NCBI GenBank assembly: GCA_044892525.1
Contig: CM097886.1
Coordinates: forward strand, 2,790,001-2,854,000
DNA length: 64,000 bases
Source of the DNA: Schmidtea polychroa
Taxonomy: Eukaryota
Direction of reading: 5' to 3'
Shown: one piece after another, positions 1 through 12,330 of the stretch
Numbering within the stretch: position 1 is the first letter of the stretch
Layout of the letters: the number at the start of each line of letters is the position of its first letter
Translations under genes and position numbers: made by a program
Notes under the pieces: model-generated
What the model was told of the DNA's origin: nothing
Databases searched by the model: none
Seen by the model: the letters and a program-made list of their open reading frames with translations, nothing else

Positions 1-1660
1 TTTGCCAGAGCGAACAAGGGGCATTGACATTTTTGAAATTGTAAAAAAAACATTAATTGATTTGAACATTGATATTAAAAAATATGCTCAATTTCTACTG
101 ATGGGTACTCCAGTATGTTAGGTAAAGATTCAGGATTCCAAGTATTACTAAAAAATGAAATCGGTCACCTAGTTTTGGGTTTTCATTGTATCATTCATCT
201 CGAAGCACTTTGTGCCAAAGATGGAGTTTTTTTACTAAATCACGGGATGAATGTTGTGAGTAAGATAATTAATTATATTGTTGCCAATGATTTGTCCAAA
301 AGACAGTTTAAAAAGTTAATGGCAGATTTAAATGTACCATATGAAACTCTTCTTATGTATAATTACGTTCGATGACTTAGTCACACCTTATCTTTAGAAA
401 GATTTGTTTTATGCTTGGATGAAATTCGTCTTTTTTTTACATGACAAAAAAATATTTACAGAGCTTACCGATACTAGATTGTTACTAAAGTTAATGTTCT
501 TAACTGATTTTACTATACATTTGAATGAATTAAACCAGAAACTGCAGGGTTATGGAAAATCATTGGATATTTTATTTGGACACATTAATGCTATTGAAAT
601 GAAACTAAAATTAATTGAAAAAGGCTTAAAAAATTAGAAACAAATTATGAAGAATTGAAATATTTTTCAAATTTCAAATTTTTTTTTTAAAATACTGACA
701 TAGGAGAAGAAAACCTACAAGATATTTTTGATGAATTTCGTAAAATTATATTAAGTACACAAGAATCATTTGAAAATCGATTCAAACATTATAAAAAATC
801 GAACATTTAATTAAGTTTATCCGATATCCTGACAAGTTTATTCCGGACAATAATTTCGGTGAATTTAGATGGCTAGACTTTGACGATTTCGATAGTGAAC
901 TACTAGAATTCCAAGCCAGTTTGATTTGGCGTGAAAAATTTGTAGATTTTAGAATAATGGTCGAAAGTCAATTAAGAGAAAATGATATAACATTTAACAT
1001 GGACGATGAAAGGCTAAAGTTGTGGTAAAGTCTTCCAAATCAGTTTTCATCATTGAAAAAGCTAGCAATAGTTGTATTAACAGTATTTCCTTCAACTTAC
1101 TTTTTCGAATTCTTATTTTCTCAAATGAATGTAATTTTAACCAAAACCAGAAACAGAATGGCTAGTGACAATTCCGAGGCTTGCGTTGCTTTAAAAGTAA
1201 CCAATTGCATACCAAATATAGATCACTTAGCGTCGCAATTTATACAAAAAAGATCTGATACTGGACAACAGTAGAAAAAATATTTTGTTCCTTACTAATT
1301 TAAGTAAACTTTTATTCATTGTTTAATTTTTTATATTTTTAATTTTTCGTTATTTAATTCTTATTATGTTTTATTTAATTTAATTTTTGATATTGAAGAA
1401 TATATCTGATATTTTTTGTTTTCTTTTTATTAAATATATTTAAGTTTTTTTTATATTAATTTATATTTAAATATAAATAAAATCAAAGTATAAATGAAAT
1501 AAATAAAAATTAATATCAAAACGAATAAGTACATATTAATTTCTTACATTTCAATACTATTTTATTTTATGGAATAGATTCGGCACGCCGAAATAATGGT
1601 TTGAGGAAAATCATCTTTCTTGGCACGATACTTAAAATCTAATTGCAAAAGCTGCCCTAG
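1..1660 (+). pseudogene. Decayed hAT (Buster/GTF2IRD2/SPIN-like) transposase remnant, 5'-truncated by the window edge
   Basis: Fragmented ORFs carry hAT motifs CIIHLEALCAK, YNYVR*LS (=RWLS), FLTDFTIHLNELNQKLQG and C-terminal FPSTYFFEFLFSQMNVILTKTRNRM, with stops and frameshifts. The right boundary is approximate. Confidence 0.8.
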
Positions 1661-2329
1661 ATGCTAATATTTGTGATTATGTTGCGACGAAAGAAAATTT
1701 AATAACTTAATTTTATTTTTATACCAATAATGATTCATTTCATTTTATAATTAATTAAATTATTTTGAAATTATTTCATCTCTCAATATTTTTAAATATT
1801 TGCCAGTTGAAATGAGAAAGATCATTTGTATATGGAATGGGAATGAAAACAACTGATCTATAATTATTGAAATCAATATTTAGAGAAAATTATGTCCTTG
1901 GAGAATTGTTTTTTATTTTTTGAAATTTCTCATCATACATTTGAAAATAAAGAAATTGTAACTATAAATTTAAGTGTAAACTGCTCCAATTGATTACTGA
2001 CTTCAAAATGTTCATTAGAATAAATTCTAAACCTCTAATGGTGAATAGACTGATGCCATTAATTCACGTAACTTTTAAATTTTTTTTTGAATTTATAATA
2101 ATTAAATATAAAATTATTTTTAATAAAAACTTTCAAGGGTCACGGTAGGAACAAAGCCGGAACAAATTCCATCAATGCCTCAATAAATAAAACAAGTAGA
2201 TCGAAATAAAATAACTATACATACTTAATTTATTTAATAAACAAAAATATATATAACTAGAAAACTAATTTAAAAGTTAATTTTTCATGCATAAAACAAA
2301 ATCTTTAATTCAGCAACTTCGTGATTTCG

Positions 2330-2760
2330 TGTCCAATCCATTACATTTCTAATCATACAAGTCATTCTTGTGACATTGTAGGTCTTATATATGTTTTGAT
2401 CTGTTTAAGTTTTGAAAAGCTGCGTTCACCGCTTGCTACAGAAACTGGTAGAATTATCAAAATTTGCAAAGCAATGAAGATATTGGAAACGCTGTCCATT
2501 ATTTTACTTTTACAAATATAATTAAGTACAACCTCTGGAAATAAGTTCCTGTGAATATTTCTAGCTATAAATTGCAATTCGGTCAATATATATTTACATT
2601 CGATATCTTTAGAATAACCATAAGAAATTTAATTGACCAAAAAACCAGAACTATTTGACGCCCAATATACGTCTATCAAGTCTTTACCCTTTCACATATG
2701 CCTTAAATTGGGCCTGGTTAGTAAGGATACATCTTGGTAACATAATATATATCTCAACAG
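2330..2760 (-). pseudogene. hAT transposase C-terminal dimerisation-domain remnant (ZMYM1/Tip100-like)
   Basis: ORF 2362-2586 contains ALQILIILPVSVASGERSFSKLKQIKTYIRPTMSQE, a typical hAT dimerisation motif. Boundaries are approximate. Confidence 0.75.
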
Positions 2761-4469
2761 AGTCAGTAATAGTGATTTTTCATAATTGAATTATTTGCTC
2801 TTTTGCACATATTTAACATGGAATTTTAATACTTAATGAATAATTTAATTTGACTTTTATTTAAATTTATTTGTTTTTGATTAAAACGTAATCATTAAAT
2901 AATTGCAACATATAATTAATTGTGATTATATTATACTTTTAATAGTTTAACACTTAACTCCCCCCCGCAAATTAACTTTTAAACATAATATTTATAATTA
3001 GTTTATTTACAAATTTGTTAATTATTGATTTCAGTTTCTTAATACTTTGAATAAAAGAAATATATTATAATTTACTCACTTTTATCGCTCTTTATATAAT
3101 TCAGCGAATACCTGCATTCCTATTGGTGGAAAATATTTTCTATTCTTTTACATTTCAATTTAATTGCAAAAGAAGTTTCCTTCACCTCGTTCAAGGGAAT
3201 TATGAAATCAACGATAATAATTTATTAATAAAAATCTCACTATTTATTATTTTAATTAGTTACAAAACTTTATTAATATTTTGACTCCGATTGAACAAAA
3301 ATGTAGTCGTAATTAATCATTTGTTATTTTAGTTTAACTTGAGAATAATTATTATACTAAGTTTTAATTTTGACAGTGGTTTAATTTTATTAAATTTTGA
3401 TTAATAATAATTTATTTATTTTTTTAATTTTTATTTCTGGATTTTAGATCTGAGATTGTATAGTGTTTAGAGGGTTGTCACATGTTGAGAGGCTCAAAGT
3501 AGGACAAATCAATAACCTACTACAGTAGTACGTAGGACAAATATCTTAATTTTAGGACTGTCCTACCGAAAGTATGACGTGTGGCAACTCTAAGTTTGTA
3601 TGTAAATTTTAAACCACATTTAAATTAGTAAAGTTAAATGCTTCTTCATAAAATACATAGATGTACATATGTAAAACGTGATTATTATTAAATAGCAACA
3701 TTCTTACCAACTTACTAAAAGTCATTAAATGTAAAAGTGACATAATAAATAGATAAATTTTTACTGTTAATGTTTATCTTATTCAACTTGATTTGTAGAA
3801 GTAAATTATGAGAAATATATATGATTTATTAAGAACAATATTTAAAACAAGTAAAAATATTAATCAATATAATTTTATAAAAATCGCCATTCGTACATCT
3901 TTTTCACTATATATTTCGATAACATCACTATCATCATCAGGTTACATACATTCACTACGGATGAATAACTATACTATATTGATAATATATAAACAAATTA
4001 TAAAATCTATAAATTTTAAAATTATAAATAACAATTTTAAACAATTATAGATTTTATAATTTGTTTATATATTATTTTATTCATATTCGGGGATTTATCC
4101 CAAAATGTTTTAGAAAAATACATATTTTTGGTGATTGATTTATTTATTTAATTATAATTAAAAATATATCTGACTGACATTTTTTCGAAATAATGTACAT
4201 GGTGGTAAAGGTACCGGTTATAGCATTAACAGTTTGAAATCAAAAAAAAACTCGATTTGATGCCAGTGGTACCATCCTAAAATTATGTGAACCAAGAATT
4301 TAAAAACCTTTGCTAGAAGCATCCTATCAAGTGACGATATATAAAAAGAAAATAAAGGATTGGAAAATTCTATTTTCTGAATCACTGAATTTAACATAGA
4401 GAGGAATTGATGTTTTCAATCATATTAAAGACTTTTTTTAAAACATCAATTATCAATGAATGTGATAGG

Positions 4470-5420
4470 CTCAATATACACTGTTGGGGCTCCAACAATT
4501 TTCGGCACAAATTCAAGATTTTTTTTGACACGTGACTAGAGAATTACAATAATGCATTGCATGTTGCATCATCATGCACTTGCGTCGAAAACTTTGCTAA
4601 AAAGTTTAAAACAACACCTAATTACCTCAATAAATGTAGTAAAATATATCCATGGACGAGCGATAAATCATCACATTTTTGTTAAAAAATTCGATGCTGC
4701 TCATACTGTGCTTCTTTATCACATCAAAATACGATGGCTCTCTAAGGGTCTCATGCTAAACAGGGTTTTATAATTCCGCGAAGAAATTATTCAGTTGCTG
4801 ACTGGTCAAAACTGTGATTTAGTTGAAAGATTTTGAGAAAAAAAGATTCAATAATGAGACTATCTTACTTAGCAGATATACTTGAATGAATTGAACTTGT
4901 CAATCCAAGGATTTGGTAAAAATACAACAATAGCTAGTGAAAAATTATCTTCATTTATTAGAAAACTAGAAGTCTACCCCCATTGAGTTGAAAATTGGAA
5001 TTTTACAAACTTTCCTTTGCTTGATTCAATTGTTCTGGGAAATGTGAAAAATACAATTATACATGATATTAACAATACATTTGAAACCATTAGATAAATC
5101 ATTTAATGTCTATTTTTCTAATGGAGATATCAAGGATAAACCAAAACTAAGAGGATGGATCCATTTCTATATAACCCAAATTCCATGGATGATTGTGATT
5201 TAAAAAAATACGATATGATTAAAATGCGAGACAATGGACATATTCAAATGGAATTTGTACAATTCTGGTGTACGCAGTTAGAACGTTATCCACAGCTCCC
5301 AAAGGAAGCTTTAGAGCCACCTACCATTTGCCAACACCTACCTGTGTGAAATGGGGAAAACTAAAGCGAGAAATCGAAACACATTTTTAATGAGGTGCGG
5401 ATGCCTGTTGTCAAATTTGA
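4470..5420 (+). pseudogene. Decayed Buster/ZBED5-8-like hAT transposase remnant
   Basis: HCMLHHHALASKTL, LLYHIKIRWLSKG, YLADI...LNELNLSIQG and FVQFWCTQLERYPQL...PPT fragments in several frames. Confidence 0.7.
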
Positions 5421-5866
5421 AGGCCTGCAGCACACTTAAAAGGTTAAGAACCACTGATCTAGACCTAAATTGTAGAAAAAATATACAGATCATTAAATCT
5501 AGGTATCAAGAAATGTATAAGAGATCAGATTTCCTGAGAACAGGACAATCAACATTGCAGAAACTTTCAAAAAATAGTTTCTCAAAAGTGTAAAAACATT
5601 TTTAGAAGTGATAACAAATTTTGACAGGCAGGCCATAAAATGTTTGTGTTACTAAATAAACATTTTGTTTGTATAATCAGATCTTTTATTATTGGGTTTT
5701 ATTATTACATTTTTATACTGTTTACAAATATTGTTTTATTTTTCATTTTATACGGCTTATTAAAGCTATGGAAAATATTCTCCATCTCACATTGATGAAC
5801 CTCAATGACTTTTGTAAATCTAATTCAAACTGAATTTATTTCCATATTAATTTGTAATTTTACTAG

Positions 5867-6354
5867 ATCTGTCAAATATCTGAATTGATTCTCTGTGAAT
5901 GGGGACCCGATATTTTCGGGTTGTCAACAAAAAACGAAGGCTGTATTTTACGTAATTTGACAATGTCCATACTTGAAGTGAGTTATAAATCTATATTTTG
6001 TGTATGTTAATAATTATTGATTTGCAATTTTCAATTAATTGATTGATTTTGTATGGATCAGTAAAATAAAATTTTAATTCAGATCAGAAAAATGTTTACA
6101 AATCTTAAACTTGACACGTCAACAATGATAAACTTCCTGGAATCAGTAGAAAAGAGCTACCGATCAACAAACCGTTATCACAATAGTATTCACGCTGCCG
6201 ACGTTGTGCAATCCGTTCACGTTATTATATCAATGATGGCATTCAAGGTTCTTTATCTTTTATCAAATATTTTATGCATGCTGAGAATTCGGATTTCAAA
6301 TTTCAAATATTGTTTCCTTTGTTTATTAAACAATATTATTTTATTAGTAGTAAA

Positions 6355-6443
<89 letters not shown>

Positions 6444-6842
6444 CATTAAAACTTATATCTACAAAGATTTATTTTTTCTCGGTAGAATATATATAATATG
6501 CCATATTAAGTATGAACTATAAAATAATTAAAATAATTTAGAATGTCTTTTCTGATTTGGAAATATTTTCTGCACTTTTGGGAGCAGTCATTCATGACAT
6601 CGATCATCCTGGTGTTACTAATCAGTTTTTGATCAATACAAGTAAATGGCTTTTTATATGGCTGATATGGCTATTATTCTCTCACAGACGATTCTTTGGC
6701 CATTCTATACAATGATATATCAGTATTAGAAAATCATCACTTAGCTGTCGGGTTTTCTATAATGAAAAATGATGATTGTAATATTCTCGCATCGTTTAGC
6801 AAATCTCAGCAGCAAGTCATACGAAGAATGGTTATAGATATG
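5867..6842 (+). CDS. PDE4: Host cAMP phosphodiesterase PDE4-like, catalytic-domain exons 5867-5977, 6083-6247, 6542-6641, 6688-6842 (upstream exons not identified)
   Basis: GT-AG bounded and phase-consistent. Spliced translation gives [10 protein letters not shown]...[13 protein letters not shown]...[16 protein letters not shown]...[20 protein letters not shown]...RRMVIDM, the PDEase_I signatures. Confidence 0.92.
6355..6442. repeat. (ATT)n microsatellite in a PDE4 intron
   Basis: Direct reading; it explains the poly-I and poly-Y ORFs. Confidence 0.97.
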
Positions 6843-6868
6843 GTTAGGATTTCATAAATCTCTATTAC

Positions 6869-7057
6869 NNNNNNNNNNNNNNNNNNNNNNNNNNNNNNNN
6901 NNNNNNNNNNNNNNNNNNNNNNNNNNNNNNNNNNNNNNNNNNNNNNNNNNNNNNNNNNNNNNNNNNNNNNNNNNNNNNNNNNNNNNNNNNNNNNNNNNNN
7001 NNNNNNNNNNNNNNNNNNNNNNNNNNNNNNNNNNNNNNNNNNNNNNNNNNNNNNNNN
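6869..7057. other. Assembly gap (N run); others at 8942-9082, 42772-42947 and 51218-51354
   Basis: Runs of n. Confidence 1.
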
Positions 7058-7271
7058 TGGCGGCTCGTCCATATAAGCAATCCAAGCATTGCTTGCACTT
7101 CAATTTTGAGAAATTTTTAATATCTTTTATGGTTACTAAAGACAATTTTTATGATTTAGTAATATAAGAATTTTGTGGAAAAACAAGAAAAATTGAGTTT
7201 TTATATAAATAAATTTTTTTTTGAATTTTTTTTTATTGCTTTCACAAATCTTTGAGTACGAGCCGCCACTG
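7058..7271. mobile_element. Short non-autonomous TIR element (MITE), left end clipped by the gap
   Basis: Left tggcggctcgt and right acgagccgccactg are inverted repeats; similar termini at 53651-54206. Confidence 0.6.
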
Positions 7272-9196
7272 GTGATAATATAAGCCTTTGCTGAAAATAT
7301 GTATTAAATTAAATAAAAAATATTTCGATAATAATATAATAATTTTCGATCTCTCATAATTTCGCTGTTTCGATGTTCAAATGCTTGATGAAATTCATTT
7401 TTATATTCATTCTTAACATAAATGAAATTTTGAATAAAAATATTGTGATAAGATTATTTAATAATACGTAAAGGCTCTATTCGTGAAATGTAGAAATAAT
7501 ATAAACTGCATGTGTGTCTAGAGCACATACATCATTGGAATAAATAATAAACAATGAGATAATCTGAGAACCCCTAATCAATATACTCAATCAAACATAC
7601 AAATATTCATACACGTTAATTATAAGGTTTAACAAATCCCAGTATAGGGGACATGGAAATCAAATATCCTAAAATAGTTACATCACAGTTATCCCGTATT
7701 GATATTGATGTATGACAACACTAAATTTATGCACAATACCCACATATCAATGTATATTTTAATATTTTATTAAAATAAATTTTACCACATTCATAACTAT
7801 TTGAGATTCCTTCTTTAGATTTATATTGAAATCAGTTGTTAATGATGCATAGCGTGATTCGTTTAAATGGGATAAATCTGCCAGAGTTATTATGATTTCT
7901 AATTTCATCTACATATTGCGTACTTCATTTTTCTTAATTTCTTATTTGTGAATTTGTCATTGTTGTCTAAGCAACAATTCTAGAGTCCTTCTATGTATTC
8001 TTTGCCAAATGAAGAATTAAAATATTACGTTGTCAATTATCATGTATAATATGTATATTCATTTTATAATCGATGAAAACATATATTTTTGAAAATAATC
8101 AAATATAACCAATGGTGTATGCGCTCTTCTTACCCCTGATGTCTTCTCATCTTTTGACAAAATGTTTAATCTCACGCCTAAAGAAATTCAATTAATAAAA
8201 GCTAAGATATTTTTAACAGAATTTTCATCTTTGAATTTATTTTATGACGTGACGGAAATAAATGGTGATTCGGAAGTAACACTATCTAGGGTATATAAAG
8301 AGTTTGGTAGGACTTCCCAAATCAGGTCACAGATCTTTCTGTTAGATACATTGTTAAACATCTGGAACAAAATTCGTGGTCAAAATTTGCTGGCCTACCA
8401 CTCGCAACCGTATAAGCAATTTAAGACCAGCACTGCTGGCCTACCGTCCGCAAACGGTTAATATCAAATTATACTTACTTTCATTAATATGGTTTTTATT
8501 ATGGTTCCCTGTAGCACCGAAATAAACAGAAATAATTCTTTCAAAATTCCAAGGTTTCCATTTGCAATGGTTGAAAATAATATTAACCATGAAATTATCA
8601 GATTATAAGTTTAATTTTGATGAGTTAAAATTTAATATAAAATATGTATTATGTCACATAAATCGTTTCAGTGAATTTCCATTTATTGCCCAAGGTCTGG
8701 TTCAAATCACGCTAGTAATTGGTTGGTAATAAATAATATGTCCATTATTAGGTAGATTTCAGCCATTTAAACTTGATACCTCTCAATAAAGTTGTCCTAC
8801 TTTTCAACCTTTTGAAATATTCTCTCAATTACTCTTTTCTAGCCGCATTATTAATAGCTATTGGTAAATCTATTGAGTTTAACAAAGTAAAAATATTCGT
8901 AATAGTTATACATTAATGTAAATATTCATCATAAAACGATTNNNNNNNNNNNNNNNNNNNNNNNNNNNNNNNNNNNNNNNNNNNNNNNNNNNNNNNNNNN
9001 NNNNNNNNNNNNNNNNNNNNNNNNNNNNNNNNNNNNNNNNNNNNNNNNNNNNNNNNNNNNNNNNNNNNNNNNNNNNNNNNNNATCGTATAGTCGAAAATT
9101 CTTTCATTAAATACATTATTTGCAGCAAAAGGCTTAAATTATCATTTTATTGTTTTAAATAATAAATGCTGCTACCAAGCAATCATCATTTTATAC

Positions 9197-9280
<84 letters not shown>
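9197..9280. repeat. (AAT)n microsatellite
   Basis: Direct reading. Confidence 0.97.
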
Positions 9281-9281
<1 letters not shown>

Positions 9282-9469
9282 TTAGAAGCTGCTAACACAT
9301 CTTCTAAATTATTTTTTAAATTCGGTTTAAAAGTTAACGTCATTATTCCAAGTATTTATTTAATGAAATATTGTATAATTTTCAAACAAATTTTCAGCGT
9401 TGAATAAAATATTTTCAAAACGATTCTTGAGAATACCTAAATGAAAAATAACATAATAAATAAATAAAT

Positions 9470-10333
9470 AACCTGGCGGAAGATCGGCATGACAAACGGG
9501 ACGATCTATGGGAACTCAGAAAAGAAAATGGAAGTAAAAAGAAATTAAAAATGAGAAAGATAAATCAAATAAAAGGAAACAAACAAGAAATTAAAACAAA
9601 GGTCATTGTTAATTAAGAAGTACAAATGAAGGTGGAATTTCAAATTCCAGAAAAACAAAATAAGGGAAAAAGCCGTATCTTGACAGCTTGCCAAAGATAG
9701 CGAAATTGTCGAGAGAAGACTTAACAAAAAAGGAAAATGGAAAAATATCTTGATGTCTGTCAGAGATAAGGCTGACGTAGAGGAAAAGGAAAATGGTAAA
9801 CAGAATCTGTCGCCAGTGCCACAAATAAAATAACTATATAAAGGAAAACTGGTGGACACGAAATCAGAACAAAGGTTGGAAAAGTGAGAGACAATTTGAG
9901 AGATAAAATTACTGGAAAAAATTAGACGTCGGACGAAACGTTGTTGGAGAAACGATTGTGAAAAAGAATTGTAAAGAAAATAGTTGTTAAGAATTATTGT
10001 TTGGAGAAGATTTGAATAAAAGAATTAATTAAAAAATTAAACGAAAAGAATTTACTTAATTATTTGAATAAACTTGTGAAGAAGGTCAAAGAAAACAACC
10101 AGCTCAAAGTCCCAGTTGATAAACCAATTAGTAATTTGTAATCTTTTAATCCGGTGTTATACACAAGTGCTATTGCTCACCGAGTGTTGTAATAAGCATT
10201 GTATAGTCACCAAGCCGAGTGTTGAATTTATTGTCAGTGTACAGTGAAAATTATTTGTAATTATCAATAAAGATTTCTGTTGTCAAGTGTTATTTGTGAA
10301 TCGGTTAAAGACACGCTTGGAGTCAGAGTAACA
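9470..10333 (+). mobile_element. Probable solo LTR (5' end not resolved)
   Basis: A/G-rich body, AATAAAGATTT signal, ends ...GGAGTCAGAGTAACA; the 3' part resembles 51150-51217. No matching TG start or TSD found. Confidence 0.5.
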
Positions 10334-11193
10334 TTAAAATTTATCACCAACTCAATAACCCATCACCATTTATTAAAATTTCGATATTTAAAATATATTT
10401 ATTTAAAAATTATTTACTAATAAAACTTTTTTTTAAAAGCTTGTTTAATTTTTTCAATTTAAAAAGTTCAATTTAAAAATTATTTTAAAAGTTATTTTAA
10501 TAGTCAATTATTTAATTCTCAGCTGAAAACACCTCACAAATACTAATAACATATCTTTAACTATTTCTTGACTTAAACTTTCAGCCTTTTTAAGTTTAAT
10601 TAAACGGCCTGTTTTATTAACTTAATATATAATTGTCAACAGATTAATTAATTAGACAAAGTAATTAAAAAGTCCGTCTGAAATCACATGATTTTTTAAA
10701 ATTAATTATTGTTACCTACCAACTTTTACCCATAATGAAATATTGTTAAAATAATATTTGGTTAAAATCGAAGTAAAATGTCATGTTGTCGATTAAAATT
10801 AAAGATAGTGTTAAATAATGTAAACATTTTCTTAGCACTTGGAAACCAGTGTAAAACAGGGTGTACTCCACTCTAAAAACCTTATTAGTATAAAAATATT
10901 GTCAAAATTATAATTAGAACTGATTATGGATTTCATTCAGTTGAAAAAAATATATTTTACAAAGATTTCATTGCTAATTCGATGGTTTTAGAAAAGAGAA
11001 CAACATCCAATTATTTTAAATTGCAAAAAACAGAAATTCGTTATTTAATAATTAATTCAAAATTTTATAATTAAATTAAAGATTCGTCATAACCTAGATA
11101 CTAATCTTTTAACGCCGATTTATTTTTATTTTATGTGATTTATGTAAAAATTGTTTTTTATAAATTTGTAATTTTTAAAGTTATTTTTTAATT

Positions 11194-11350
11194 CCGTATT
11201 TACCGGCGTATAAGTCGCTACTTTTTTAATATTTAAAGGCAACTGACTTAATACAAAGCAGTGACTTATATGATGCTTTTTTCGGAATAATAGGTAATTT
11301 ACGTAGGAGTGACTAATACCACGGTGCGACTTATAACCAGAAAGATATGG
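11194..11350. mobile_element. Degenerate Tc2/pogo-like MITE
   Basis: ccgtatttaccggcgtataagtcgc ... gcgacttataaccagaaagatatgg are imperfect TIRs. Confidence 0.5.
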
Positions 11351-11360
11351 TAGTTTAGAT

Positions 11361-12023
11361 CAGAGGTCCGCAACCTTTTCTCACCCGCGGCACATCTAAA
11401 GACTTAAAAAAATTTCGCGGCACACCACAAACAAAAATTTTTAAAAATTTACGTGATAAGAAATGCACAAACAGAAAATGTATTTTTTTTATTTGATAAA
11501 TTTATTATCGCCGTTAACAACTATTTTTTATTTATAACTATAACTAATATGAACAATCACTAATGAGATACCTGTGCTTGTTTTAAGGAACATAATAGTT
11601 TTATATTGGGCTCAATATTTGAAAGAGCAACTCGAAGTTCTTGGTCAAGGCCCTTCAAGCACGACCGCTTATCATTTTTTATTAAAACTAGAGTTGAAAA
11701 ACTTTCTTCACATATGTACGTGGTTGAAAATGGGAGCAGAACTTCAATAGCCTTTTTGGAAATTCGAGGATATTCTTCCTTAACCGCAATCCAAAACGTA
11801 TCCAATGGAACGTCGGAAAATTTTATTTTTAGCGTCCCATCGTTCCTCAAGTCAAAACCATGCTTATTGACCGAATATTTTGTCAACAACGCAATTATTT
11901 GTAAACAAGATAGATATAAGCATAACGCACGTGTCCGTCATAAACCCTATATTTTTTCTCGGGTAGGCATTGCGCCGCGGCACACCTAGCATCACCTCGC
12001 GGCACACCGGTTGCGGAGCTCTG
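11361..12023 (-). mobile_element. Non-autonomous hAT/Buster deletion derivative (663 bp) with intact ends
   Basis: TIRs cagaggtccgcaacc / ggttgcggagctctg (1 mismatch); perfect 8-bp TSD gtttagat (11353-11360, 12024-12031). Internal ORF 11560-11889 is a Buster transposase C-terminus (LPFSTTYICEESFSTL...QAQVSH). Confidence 0.93.
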
Positions 12024-12330
12024 GTTTAGATTATTGCAAAGATTGAAAATTGAAAAGATTTCATTTTATAATTATGATTGTTAAACCATGTATACTTTAT
12101 TTTATCACTCGCCGATCCCATATATAAGTACTCAGATTAATAATTATTGCTAAGATAAATATTAATAAAAATATTACAGATTTTTTATTAAGACGCCATT
12201 TTCATCCTTGATAATAATTCTTTATATAATGATTCAGTTAAAATTCTGTTAACTTCCTTAGTAAACGGATCGAAAACAAACAAAAACTTTTAAAATTTAT
12301 TTTTTAAATAGAAGTTGAAAAGTTCACTAT

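Noticed and set aside
3469-3593. Small element with tagag(gg)ttgtcaca / tgtggcaactcta inverted ends
   Set aside because: Likely an ordinary MITE; TIRs imperfect and no TSD established.
6092-6522. 134-aa and 82-aa ORFs with poly-I or poly-Y as real proteins
   Set aside because: Read-through of a PDE4 exon into an intronic (ATT)n tract.
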